Program-made: the position numbers and the translations under genes | Assembly (NCBI GenBank): GCA_054600435.1 | Contig: BAAIJX010000013.1 | Coordinates: 372,001-436,000, forward strand | Length of the DNA: 64,000 nucleotides | Reading direction: 5' to 3' | DNA from: Neophaeotheca triangularis | Taxonomy: Eukaryota | Notes under the pieces: generated by a model | The model's input: the letters and a program-made list of their open reading frames with translations, nothing else | Told to the model about the DNA's origin: nothing | The model's database searches: none | In this document: piece by piece, positions 36,509-48,849 of the stretch | Position numbering within the stretch: the first letter of the stretch is position 1 | How the letters are laid out: the number at the start of each line of letters is the position of its first letter

Positions 36509-37039
36509 CGGGATGCCGTTGTCCGTCTGAAAACGGATGCGACCGGGTCGTGTATTATTGAATGATCCCTTGCGGTCCGGATGGGAAGGTTCCTCCAGGT
36601 TTCGCGTCGAACTGAGTTTCTTGATCTGGTCTATGCCCGCCTGATCTTGTGAGGAGCAAGTAACCTTGGAAGATATTGAGGCGTTTGTTCGAGGAATATC
36701 GTCCCATTTTATTGACAGCCCAATGCATGCCAACTCTCGGCGTGTACGCATCTATGCCATGGGACAAGACTTGCTTCGGGGTGACGCTGTCCGAGTACGC
36801 AGACCGAACGAATCATGCGTTGTGTACGGAAAAGATGGAGTGTCGTCTCCCGGGCCGCCAAGGATTACGAGACTTTTCGGGGTTTCGGGATAAATGTCCC
36901 CGCCGCATGGAGAACCCCAAACCTTCACCCACGTTCTCCGCAAGAAGCTTTGAATCAAGACCCACCAAGGACCCGCCCAGGGCAAGTTTTCAGCCTTTGA
37001 AAACGATGCTGGGGCTCTTGGTATTGACATTCCTCCAAT
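36509..37039. promoter_or_regulatory. Divergent GH105/MFS promoter with three CGG-N11-CCG sites and GARE motifs
   Basis: CGG-N11-CCG at 36509-36525, 36777-36793 and 36886-36902. CCNCCAA at 36855 and 36962; TCCTCCAAT at 37031-37039. Confidence 0.65.
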
Positions 37040-37353
37040 GTAATGAGAGGACGTCCGGTACGGTACCCAGGGCTTGATAAGCAAGCGAACTGCTTGCACC
37101 GTGCTTGACGTGCTTCCTCGCTTCGCTCTCCAAAAGATCCTCCGACAGAGGCTCAACGTGAATAGTTGCAGGAGTCCGTGACGTTGGCCTATTTCGTACA
37201 ATTCTAGTTGAGATAGAAATCACCGTGGTCTCCCTTTCTTCTGTCGTTCCGTTTCTCCTTTCGTCTTTTATAACGACTCTCAGTCAGTCAATTCCTTTTC
37301 GTTCCCGGCATCACCTTTGGATCAAGCACTCCTTGCAGCGATTCAACTTCAAC

Positions 37354-39583
37354 ATGGCCAACAATGCAGACATGCCCGATGTCGTACCGGCGCCGGGAAA
37401 CCCCAACCCTATGCTGGGCGAGAAGACAGATCTAGCACAAGTCGAGAGGGCCTTTTCGGAAGACGACATCCAGAAAAACCATGCAGACCACGATCGAATG
37501 GACGCGGAAGTCGCCAAGTATACAACTGGCGAGCGCGTCTATGTCGACGAGCATGAGAACAAGAGGTTGAAGAAGATGATCGACAAGAGGGTTCTTTGTA
37601 TGCTGCCGACGTAAAAGGAGGGAGGCCAGAATTTGGAACATCTTCCCGGCTAACTTGACTCCAGCTATTATGATTGTCACCTATTTCCTCCAGGCGATAG
37701 ACAAGGGCACCATCAGCTTTGCCTCAATCATGTTAGTTTACTACCCTGTTGTCTTCGCCGCCAAGGGCGCGGACCATACGATCTGAATTTGGCTGACATC
37801 TTCTCTTAGGGGAATCCAAGAAGGTTCGACCTACCACAACGCCTTGTATCGGCCTATACTGACCTCCTCGTAGATCTGGACATGGAGACAGACAAGAACG
37901 ACCGCTACACATGGCTCACAACGTCCATCTACATCGCCATCATCTTTGTAGAGTACCCTATCAACTGGAGTAAGCGTCTCCACTTGCACGGCCGGGTAAC
38001 GATCCGTGATTGACCTCCAAACAGCGATTCAAAGGGTACCGATTGGAAAATTTCTCGGCACCAGCATCATGAGTGAGCCCTACATCGCCACAGCTGGCCA
38101 AGAAACGCGTGCTGACAGATAACTCAGTTTGGGGCACCGTTCTGGCTTGTCACGCCGCCTCGACAAACTTCACGCAGATCTTGGGTAAGGAGTGTTCATG
38201 CAAGTAATTTCGGTGCTTCCGGCTGACCCTGCGCAGTCTGCCGTATTCTTCTGGGGATCTTTGAGGCCGTTTGCCAGCCTACTAACCTCCTATTGAGCTC
38301 CATGTGGTTTAAGCGCGAAGAACAGGCTGCAACTGTCACGTACTGGTACATGATGAAGCAAGTGATCCCTGCCGCCCCTTTATAACGTCCAACCACTAAT
38401 CGTCGAACAGCGGCGCTCAACAGATCGTCGGTGGTTTGCTCGCGTATTGTTTCTCCTTGATTCCACGAGGAGGGGCATTGAACTCATGGCAGGCGATCGT
38501 TCGTTCTACCTCAATCTTGACTTCTCTGGGCTATCCTAACGTTTAAACAGTTCGTGGCTTACGGCGCGGCCTCTGTGCTGTGGGGCCTGTTCGTCTTTAT
38601 CTACCTACCAGACTCGCCCATGCGAGCTAAGGTACGTTCGCCGGGAAATGCGAGAACCAAGCACAAAGCTGAAACTACCCCAGTGCTTCTCCGAAGACGA
38701 TAAGCGCAAGATGGTCGAGCGTGTCCGCTCCAACGAAACTGGCCTCCAAAACAAGAAATGGCGTAAGGATCAATTTATCGAAGTCTTCAAGGACCCCCAA
38801 GTCTACGGCTTCTGCTTGATACAGATTTGCACCACTCTGCCAACCTCTGGTCTCGGCGCTTTTGCAAACATCATCATCTCAGGCTTTGGCTTCTCCGTGT
38901 TGGAAACCCAGCTTCTTGCAATGGTCCTTGGCGCATACATTATGGCTGTGCTCCTGGGATCGAACTGGCTTGTCACCAAATACAAGCAGAACCTAATCAT
39001 CTGCGCCTGCTTTGTCATCCCGTGAGTTCGTCCCGAACCCCTGAAAGCTCGGACCAAAAATTAACAAACGACTTTTAGCTCCGTTGTGGGCACCGTGGTC
39101 CTAATGACCGTCGAGAACACCAGCACGGCTACCTCAGCAGGCCTCTTAATCTCTTACTACCTAACTCTCTCCTTCTGGGCTGGTTCGTTTCTTTGCCGGG
39201 GTTGTAAGAAAGCTGAAGCTGACTTTTTCATAGCACAAACCATGGGAATGTCCCTGATCTCGCGAAACGTAGGCGGATCGACCAAGAAAGGCTTTGTTAT
39301 GACCATTAACTTCTGCTGCTGGGCCGCGGGCAACGCTGTCGGGCCCCAAGTCTTCAGAAGCGAAGACAACCCTCGCTACTTCCCGGCTTTTGCTACCCAC
39401 ATGGCCTGCTACGCTGTGCTGTTCTGTGCGCTGGCTTTCATGCGCTGGCACTACATCCACAGCAACAAAAAGAAGGACCGCCTGGCCGAGAGTGGCATGA
39501 ACCAGGCGAAAGACGAGGCACACACGCATGCTTTTGACGACTTGACGGATATGCAGAACCCCAACTTCCGATACGTGTACTGA
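37354..39583 (+). CDS. MFS transporter, Dal5/allantoate-permease (anion:cation symporter) family, 11 introns
   Basis: The spliced product has KMIDKRVL..FLQAIDKGTISFASIMGI, WFKREEQ, MMNGAQQIVGGLLAY, LPDSPMRAK, GNAVGPQ and FDDLTDMQNPNFRYVY*. Confidence 0.9.
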
Positions 39584-41222
39584 TCGGACGAGATGGACGG
39601 CTTGGGTAGCAAGGGAAAGCAGGAGAATTCAGCATAGACTCGATACATACGGCTGTATAGCGACGATAGAGTATACTACCTTCCACACCCATATTCTTGA
39701 AGATCTTGTTTGAGGTGAAGTTGTATGTCACGTGCCCGGTTTGGCTTGGCACATGCACCGACCTCCTTTTGTTTCCAACTCCGATATAGGATTTCACGCA
39801 TCACATCGATACATCCCCTAAGTTCCGACTAGTCTTCTCATATTCGTTGAGTATATGCAAAGCATTCGGCCTTGTCCTCACTGGACACCGCTTGCGCAAG
39901 CTCCCGACGGCTACAAGCCAACTCTTCGAAGTGACGCGGCGGAGTGAAGAGAGCCATTACTCTGATCTGGGGACCACTAACCAAGGCTGAGGCCCGCCTT
40001 AACATTGCACAGCATCCACCGAGAGCCTGATGGCCATCTCCTCGAGATTGAAACAAAAAGCTCTCGGCGGCCGAATCACCCTTGGGACCTGGACTCACTG
40101 CTCCAGTTTTTTTGACCAGACCAAGAAGATCAGCCAACCCGACACTCGATGCCAACGTCATCAAAACAACGCAATGTCGTTGCCGAGGATGCTAGGCCGT
40201 CCGGTGAGCCTCCTTCAGATCTGCCAGAATACACCGTCATCGGTTTTGGAGAATCACGGCATCAACACTATGGGCACTACCGCGACGACCTTTCGTAAAG
40301 ATGTTCTTGCGGCAAATGCTACAGGGGCTCGCAAACTCACCGCACAGTGGTAGTGGACGGACGAGAACGGCGACATCACGACCGAGATTCCCGATACCTA
40401 GAACGACAAGATCTATCCCGCCCTCGTCCGCGCAAACTACATAAATTTTTCGACCAACCTCTCCTACCGTATTAGCTTACTTGCTACTTACGGACTCTTC
40501 CTCCTCGAGCATTGTAGGAAGAGTTGCAAGTGCGATTGCGGCATCGGCACCGGTCCACTTAAGAAGCCATCCGATTTCGACGTGGAGGAGAGGAAGAAGT
40601 AGGGATTCAACCTTCTCGGTCTTGCGCTTATTAGGGCTCGTCTCTAGCGCCTAAGGGATCAATTTTCGAGGTAGACTCTTAGGACCCCTCGTCTGACAAC
40701 CTTCAAGAAGAGAGTGACGGAAGGTTCAAGGATTTCGACGACGTTGATCACGCATGAAGTGGAGTACCGGCCTTTGTGGAGGACTATGCTGGTGTTCATC
40801 AGCTCACCCCTGGCGTCCTCCGGCGAGGCAAGTGAGTCTGAAGTGCTATCGTCATGGCCTACAAAATGCGAAGCAAGGTCGTATTGCCGATAGTGAGGAT
40901 GATTGCTGATAGGCGAGTTTAATGCGTTCCACTTGCCAGGGACACAGTCGAAAGCCAACTATCTTCCAGCACGCTTCCCCTGGCGTTTTCAATCTCGCCG
41001 AGTAGCTCAGCCACTCATACTCAGCAATTTGGCGACACGCCGAACTTGCCTACGATAGGATACAGGGTAACATGAACATCTAGCAAATGCGCCGAGAGAC
41101 CAGGTGCCACAACCTCAACGGATTGCCAATGTCTTGCTCATGGTCATATCCGGAAGCAGTCAACTTCTTCAAATATTTTGCTAGGTTTCAACAGTAACGG
41201 ACCAACAAGCTCGGCGTCAACA

Positions 41223-43314
41223 CTACTCAATCTCCATGCGCAAGGCATCGTACTGCACATAAGTCGAACTAGGCAGCAACGCAGGCTCATAGTTTGTCGC
41301 ATTGTACGGCAAACTGAGAATCAACTCGTTCTTCCCGGCGCGCAAGAACTCGGCGTCGAAGACGAACTTATGCGCCAAGTTGTAGCAAATTACGGCCGAG
41401 CGAACAGCGCAGGAGCTGCTCTGGTCGTACCTGGAATCGCCACTTGTTAGCCAGGACACGATGTGAAAAACCAAGGACGAAAACTCACGGGATGATCCAA
41501 GGCTCCAGCTCTTGGCCATTAACCGCGACGGTGTAGTTCAAGTTGGCATGAGGTTCCGACGCATTGAAGATGTCCGTGTTCCCGGCGGCAGTCTTCGCGC
41601 CCGCCAACTGCACCGTCAGCGTCGCTTGCGTCTTCTTGTGCAAAGCGTGCTTCTCGACGTCAAACAGCACGGTCCAGTTGTTGATGTTGCCGTCGCCCTC
41701 GACCTGCTCCTCGCGCTCCGAGTTGGCACGTCCGCCGAAGACGCTCCAGTGCACGTAGTTGAAGTCTTCGACTTCCTTGCTCTCGCCGACGCGGAAAGTC
41801 ACGCCCTCGGGGAAGTCGTCGAGGTAGTCCCAATTGGCCCAGTAAATGCGGTATTGCTCGGGCTCGGTTGGGAATGACAAGTCCCGTTCGTAGCCGTGCT
41901 TGTACTCGCCACCGCTCTTATCGGGAGTGCCGATGCGCCAGAGCTCCTTCCCGGCGGACTCCTCGCGCCAGTGGACACGGGTCTTGGTGTGCTTTCCGGC
42001 GCGGATGACGATGTCGTCTTGTTCGTACTGGCCGAAGATGCCGTCGGCGTAGACGGTTAAGCGGTAGGTGCCGGCGATGACACGAGGGATCTCGACGTGG
42101 CCGGTCTTGGGGTCGATCTCGGCCCAGTACTGGTAGGCGTCCGTGTCCATGTTGTCTTGGAAGTCGATGTCGTTCTGAGCGAGCACTGCGAGCGGCCTCT
42201 TAGCACCGTGGGGGAGCTTGACTTTGGCGTTGAAGGTTCCTCGGCCGCCGGTCTTGACGTAGTTTGGCACGAAATCGGCGATGTCGTCGTAGAATTGGGC
42301 GTTCAGCGTCGGGTCGGCGTATTTAGCGGCGTCGTTGCGCAGTTCTTGAAGTGACGTCCCGGCGGGTGCTTTGTTGAAGTAGTAGTAGAAGGGGCCGAAC
42401 GTACGATCGAAGCCATCGGTGATGTTCGGCGTTTGCTTGCCGTGGTGGTTGGACGAGATATAATTGTAGAGGATGCCGTCGACGGTGAGATCAGATGCCA
42501 GGGGACCGCCGTAGTAAGTATCCTTGGTGTTCATGACAAACCAAGCTCCAAAGGCTGATCCGTCATCGCTAGTGGAGCCGTTGGAGTAGAGGCCGTAGGC
42601 GTCGATATCTCTCCAGTCATCTTGGAAGGTGTACTTGGTGTAGAAGGAGGATTCCGCGTTCAGGTAGGGATCTGCCGACCTGTTTCGCAGGTCCCAGGTT
42701 GCGTCTTGTACAGTGGTAAGGTCCGAGGCGTCGCCACTGGCCGCCGGATTGGGGTTGGGCAGGGGCGCATATTGGATCTCGTTGGTCGCCAGGTCCGTCC
42801 ACAGCGGCGTTTGCGGTCTGAAGAGCGTACGAAGCTCCTGGAGGTTACGCAAAAAAGGCTCCGTCTCGTTGTAGTAAAAGACTCTGGAGAAAGTGTGCAA
42901 GCCCGTCTCGGACTCCCTCAAAAACCAGTACTGTTCGAGAGACTGGTTCGTGGACGGGTAAGTCTCACCCATGACAATGCCAGCCCAGTCGACTCCGTCG
43001 GAATCAGTGCCTTGGTGAAGCATGTATCTCGAGTCCCCGGAGCCCGGCGTCCAGAAACCCTCGGGCGTGCAGTAGCAGTCGAGGTAGGGACCGGTGCCAG
43101 CGTAGCCATTGCGCTCGCCAAGCAGATCCTGTGAATCGAGCCGGAGCTGGTCGATGGTTCCGGAGCTCTTGTTCACGGAAGCGTGAAGACGGTCATTGGC
43201 AACTGTGATGCGGCCATCCGTCTCTTCTGCCGTCAAAGCCCCCAATACTGGCCTCGAAGAAGCAAGAAAACCCAAGGCCAACGCTTTGAGATTGAAGGGA
43301 TTCGTCGACGACAT
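41223..43314 (-). CDS. Secreted rhamnogalacturonan endolyase, PL4 (RglB/C-like)
   Basis: Signal peptide; GPYLDC, LQELRTLFRP, TVQDATW, YISSNHHG, WRIGTPDKS, YVQYDALRME. Intron 41431-41488. Confidence 0.92.
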
Positions 43315-43463
43315 GACTGTTACTCCTACCTTCGAGGACAATTCGTCAAGTATACTAAAATCCAATCACTTGACATGGCGGGCGAGACCATTTTATCTAA
43401 CTCTCAAGACTCATCAATATTGCCAGGAAGCTACTGACGCTCTCCGCACGCAATACAGGATCT

Positions 43464-43480
43464 CGGTATGTTTTACACCG
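43464..43480. promoter_or_regulatory. CGG-N11-CCG site upstream of the PL4 lyase
   Basis: CGGTATGTTTTACACCG, 150 bp upstream of ATG 43314. Confidence 0.55.
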
Positions 43481-45021
43481 GGATATGTATGAAGATCTTG
43501 GCATGATGGAGGTCAAGGGCGAGATATGCAGGTGATATATACTAGTAGCCAGGCGTGAGGGGAATGCGGAGAAGGGGATACATACGGCCCGTGCATGCCT
43601 ATAGAACATACCTGTACTCGGTCTGTGACGCTGTCTGTAAGTCGTGAGCGCGCGGCGAAAGAGAGTAGAGCACTCATTGACACTACCTAAGTTTCTACTG
43701 AGCTGATCGATCTCGGCGCGAACTATAGGTGCCTGACAAGCCCGTGCGGCGCTCGCTGCTCGGTATTGTATACGACGTGTCGGCAAACAGTGCACCCTGA
43801 CCGCCTCAATAATGGAAGACTTTGCTTTTCTCGCCCGGGACAGTGAGACCAAGGCGGCCGTCTCGTCAGCGTTCACAAAGGCTAGGTTTTCACCACGTGA
43901 CTACGCGACTCAGAAGAGTTATTACCTTTACACAAAGTACCTACATGGTATTGTACATCTACTATTTGTTTGATTTTCAGGTGCGCTGGAGAAACAGGTC
44001 TACTCGATTCGGGCTGCGACATCAGTCGACGCAACAGAATACCAATGCCGTAGATGGCGAGAAGCTAAGGTACGGATGCGAAGTGTAATATGTCTAGACT
44101 GTCCAGTGTCCAAGGGGCGTCCATTCCTCCCAAACAATGGAACCAAACCACAATCTGTACGTACCCCCACGCACCACTCCCAGCTCTTTAGGAGGTTGCA
44201 ACCCAAACCGCCGGGAATACCTCAGCGATGATCTGATCCGACATGGGCAAATAATTGGAACGCAGTCGAGTAAAATGAGCTGTTGTTTACGCCAATCCAT
44301 TCTGGACCGCATTTCACAATTCGCAATTTAGGTACTTTATTAGAAAAGTCTTCACCTCACTAACAACATACCTTGGATCCTCCCACACAATACAAATAAC
44401 CTACCATAAAAGCGTTGTTGTGTTATCTACTACGCTCCTTCGCACGAAGCCAAGCTTTCCCTCTAGACCTCCCCCGACTCTGGCGTTTCTTACAGCCTTT
44501 CAAGCCACCCGACTTAAGCCATCTCACGATTCACGTTTTGGAATTCAAAGCCCTACGACGCGGATACTGATAGTGTGGCAGTGTGGCAGTGCTGTCGTGT
44601 TCGACTAGCTTACCGCGCATATTACTGACGACTCGCTCCTTCTCGAATTCGGTTGCCTGGGTTGTTGACGGCGGTTTAGTATAACTACTAGCCAGACTGT
44701 CCGCGCCTTTCGACTATTCAACTCGTTCGCTTTTGATCGGCTATACGCATTCCTTGTAGCGACGACTCTGAATACTGAATATTCTTTGGATCAACGAGAG
44801 CCGACGAGCAGCTGTAATTAAAAGAGAAACTCTCAACGGGCCAGTTTAATCTGCCACCTCTCGCTTTATTCCTAGGCGCCGACTCCAAGCAAGAGACACC
44901 CAGGCAGCCAATTACCACTATTGGGCAAAACCACGGCGGGCATCACCACGACCGCCGCCGGCAAACTCCCAGCCCCCAAACTCACTCCCACCGCGCCACC
45001 GCGCGCGAAATCCCCGGAAGA

Positions 45022-45873
45022 ATGTTCCACCAACTCCACACCCTCACCCTCCTAGCCCTCTCAACCCTCCTCCACTCAACCCAAGCCCACCCAACCTCCC
45101 CACGCCAGCAAATCCTACAATCCCTACAACCGCCCACGCCCCTGCCTCCATACGCCCACCCACCGCCAGAACCGCAACTACAGCCCGCGTTCCGAGAAAT
45201 CGGCGTCTCGAGCGAGCTGCGGGAAGCGGCGCAGAATTCCGTCGGAGTGGTGTTCACTTTTCTCGCCATGGAGGATTCGGAAGAGTGGGTGGGGGAAAGG
45301 GGAGGGGAAGGTGATGAAGGCCTTGGGGATGGGGTTAGGGAGGTTGAGGAAAGGGTGCATTTTTGGCTGCCGTTGGGAAAGCGGGTTTGGTGTCGTGAGT
45401 TAAACTCTTCTTGTTTTTGTCTTCGGTGGTTCGGGGCTCTGGGATCCTTTACGTTGTTGTAGTTGACGGGGTGTCGTGCGCTTGCCGTGAAAATCGCGTG
45501 ACGCGATCTTTCCAAGCTGACCTTGAAAACCGCAGGTGATGTCCCAGCTCTTCCTCTCCATCCCCTTGCCGCTCGGATCACGACTATGATCCACTCGACT
45601 GCCGAGCTGGCGGGTCCGGAAGTTCTGGGCCAAGTCGGTTGTCAACTGCACTTTCGCGATACTGCGTCTTCTCCGGACAGCAAAGTTGAGGCGCGAGACT
45701 TGGCCGCCACGGGGACTACAGTGACTTTGAAGAAACTCGAGGAGCTGGTGCGATTGGTCGACGCGGGGAGCTGGATCGGCGCGAGAAGCGTGGATGAGGA
45801 GGTCGAGGCCGGTTCCGGAGATGAGCGGGTCTGGGTGGAAGCCGGAGAGCTCGAGTGGGTGGAGTGTTCGTGA
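45022..45873 (+). CDS. Hypothetical secreted protein
   Basis: Signal-peptide-like MFHQLHTLTLLALSTLLHSTQA. Intron 45395-45535 (GTGAGT..CTGAC..CAG) joins two ORFs in frame; ends LEWVECS*. Confidence 0.65.
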
Positions 45874-45992
45874 GCGACGACTCATGTGAGATGGCCCTCC
45901 ACCTAGTGTCTCGGCTTCAAACCGAGTTTTCCTAATGTCCTAATGCGCCGGGAAGCGAATAGCGGGCGTTCTAGCTTGTCCTAATGAAATCT

Positions 45993-46755
45993 TCAGACCG
46001 GCTCTTTACGAGCCATATTACCCATCTCGTACTCCCCAGCCATCTCCCCGGACCTCCTCCCCACTGCACCATTCATCCCGCCCTCGGAATCCTCCTTCCC
46101 TCTCTCCCCCGAAGTACGCGGTTGCTGCGATGCAGCCGCTGCTCCGTTTTTGTTTCCACCGAACGACATGGGCTTCAGCTCCCTCCACTGACAAGCCCAC
46201 ATTCCCAACGCAATCATCAACCCCGCTGAAGCGAATTGCAGCAACCACCAGTAGAGGTTCGTCGGCAAGGAGCGCGTATAAAGCGAAGTGACAAGGAGGT
46301 GTATGAAATGGATAGTGAGAGCAAAGTCCGGCACGAGTTTCGAGCGCGCGATGAGCAGGAGGATGGGGATGACGCTGTTTGGCGTTAGCAGACGGACACG
46401 TCGCACAGCCATTCTCTTCCCATGTTCCCATTCTGGAAATGCTATCGCCGTGCATCCAACTCTTGCCACAGCCTTTTCTATTCCCCCCACGGGCGGTGGA
46501 AACTCACGTCAGCACCCCATCGAGCATCCAACAGAGCCCCAGCGTCCAGCCCGTCGTCACGTCGCTTCTGACGTTGTGCCAATCGAACAGCAACCCGGCG
46601 TTTGGATCTCGTCCGGCTACGAAAGTCGTGAAAACGATTAATACCAATGCGACGCCGTAGTAGGAAAGTTGTAGTAGCAGTATTTGCTTGGCGACGCGCA
46701 GAGGACTCAGGTCTGCGAGTGCCCCTGGCCGAGCGGGACGGCGTCGGCGTGGCAT
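45993..46755 (-). CDS. SYS1: Sys1 family Golgi integral membrane protein
   Basis: PLRVAKQILLLQLSYY, IARSKLVPDFALTIHFIHL, GMWACQWRELKPM. Intron 46375-46507. Confidence 0.88.
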
Positions 46756-47069
46756 CGTTAAGAGAATGTGAGAGGGGGTATGTGGTGGTTGTGTTATCAT
46801 CGCGGAAGCTGGGTACAAGCGGCCATGGCGGTCTCCAGGGCCGGGAAGCGGTTATTGAGAAAGCTACAAAGTCGCAAGCTGTTGTGTTCTTTGAGCGACA
46901 AAGCACACTTGCCCGATTCGGAAAGCAAGTGAAGTCCAGCACCGCTTAGTCATCCACCAGTCGTCCGAACCTCCAGGTCATTCATGACTTCATGCCCGCC
47001 ATCTACAACCCTCACACCTAACCTCTCAGCCAAAACGCCTCAGTGTATTCTTCACCGGAACGCCGCACC

Positions 47070-47541
47070 ATGTCTTGGTTTACGACAGCTCCCGAAAAGG
47101 CTCCCGAGCCCAAACCCTCATCTGACGGCGGCTACATCGCCCCCGACCGCAGCGCTCGCGCTCAGTGCTGGGAGGGTCGCGATAACTTTTTCAAATGCCT
47201 GGATAGGGTGGACATCATCGACAGCGTGAAAGAGGACGAGAAAGCACGGCAGCAATGCATGCCCGAGTTGAGGGAGTTCGAGAAGGCTTGCCAAGGGAGT
47301 TGGGTGAGTGGATACCCTCTCGTGCTGTTGGGGTAGGGGGGCGTGTTGCGGCGGCGTGTGTAGGTATGCATGGTTTGCTAATGCGGTTTTGGTTTGTGTG
47401 TAGGTTACGTACTTCAAGAAGAGGAGAGTTATGGAGCATCAGAGGGATCAGACTATCAAGAAGTTGAACGCCGAGGGGGCGACGCCGATGGATAGTTCGA
47501 CGGCAGGGGGTGCCGGGGCTGCGGCGTTGAGGGGGAAGTGA
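47070..47541 (+). CDS. COA6: Cytochrome c oxidase assembly factor 6 (COX6B-like, CX9C-CX10C)
   Basis: APDRSARAQCWEGRDNFFKCLD..C..FEKACQGSW|VTYFKKRR. Intron 47304-47403. Confidence 0.87.
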
Positions 47542-47961
47542 GGTCGTGGATAAGGGTATGAGGGAACTCCGCCCCAGGAAGGTCGAGATTAGAGGTTTGG
47601 TGGCGCTTTGCACGATACCGAGATAGCAAGTGCCGGGAGGGGGAATACACTGGACCACCGTTACGGACGTGGTGACCGCCTGCACAATGTCATGAACGAG
47701 CGATGAGACTGGCGCGATCGAGAAAGACGCACTCCGACGGGGGTAATCAAGGCAGGGTTCGCCAGACTCGAAGACCCCGGCGACTTACCGGCACGCTACG
47801 CGCATGTAAATATGTAAGATATGTATAGTACAGGGTTAGATTTCGATCGATTTACAAAGCCACGTAAAACGCAGAGCATATGCTGGATTATGTACCTAGG
47901 CCTCTCTATAACGATTTACTGGATTGTCATCGGGAAGTCGATGATCAGCGACTCCCGAATC

Positions 47962-48849
47962 TCAGACCTCCTGCGTTCGCTCTGTCCTACCCGACCAGTA
48001 CCCTCTAGCTAGCGTTAAAACCCAACCCATAATCATGATAGCCCAGTGGAGCCAATTAGGTGTGCTGTCGAGCACTTCACCAGCCCAGTCGTAACGATGC
48101 TTGCCCCAAAGAAGCTCCGCACTACCCTCGTCCAATGTCACCATCGAAACCAAAGGATCCAGGCCAAGCGTCATCCTCACAGCAGCCTTGAGCGCAAAAA
48201 GCAGTATCACTCGTCCCAGTCTCGAAGTCAAACCAGATGCCGTGAGCGAGGATTGCCTCCAAAGACGCTTGGATAGGCGAAAGCTACCGTATCCGCAACA
48301 GGAAACGTACAGTGACAACGCCACATAGTTGAAACCCAACTGCACTCCTCTACGCATCGAGGGCGCTGTGATGCTCTCACTTTGCAGCAGCAGTACGGCA
48401 TTTGCCAAAGCGGCCGTTACAAGGGGCCCGAGCAGCCATAGTAAGAGCGGTCTGGAGGCGTGCTTGAACTCCGGCATGGGGTGCTCTCGCTTGTCGTCAC
48501 GCGAAATCGCAGCCTGCGCTTCTGGCTCTCTTCCACGAGCCACAAAATACTGGCGGAGAGAACTCTGCGCGGATTCGCAGCTTAACAGGTAGAGTACAGC
48601 CGCACCCATTTGCAATGCCCAAGGCATCATTGACAGCCAGAGCAGGAATTTGGTCCAGAGCGGTTCGGCTATTGCGTAGATCAAGACTGCGATGATGGTG
48701 GAACGGAGTATGGGCGCAAGCCTTGCGTCGGGAGGCTGGCTCTCGGCCACCACCCACTGGTGCAACGGGAGGCATATATCGTTGAGGATTGTGAGGGAAT
48801 TGAGGATAAGGATCAAGGGCCTTGCGAAGGCTAGTTCCGATGTGGCCAT
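47962..48849 (-). CDS. Orphan multi-pass membrane protein (295 aa)
   Basis: ATG-initiated intronless ORF with about 6-7 hydrophobic segments. No recognised family. Confidence 0.55.
   Translation of the reverse strand: MATSELAFARPLILILNSLTILNDICLPLHQWVVAESQPPDARLAPILRSTIIAVLIYAIAEPLWTKFLLWLSMMPWALQMGAAVLYLLSCESAQSSLRQYFVARGREPEAQAAISRDDKREHPMPEFKHASRPLLLWLLGPLVTAALANAVLLLQSESITAPSMRRGVQLGFNYVALSLYVSCCGYGSFRLSKRLWRQSSLTASGLTSRLGRVILLFALKAAVRMTLGLDPLVSMVTLDEGSAELLWGKHRYDWAGEVLDSTPNWLHWAIMIMGWVLTLARGYWSGRTERTQEV

Noticed and set aside
45395..47403. snoRNAs in the other long introns (45395-45535, 46375-46507, 47304-47403)
   Set aside because: No C box with a properly placed D box, and no evident H/ACA hairpin layout.
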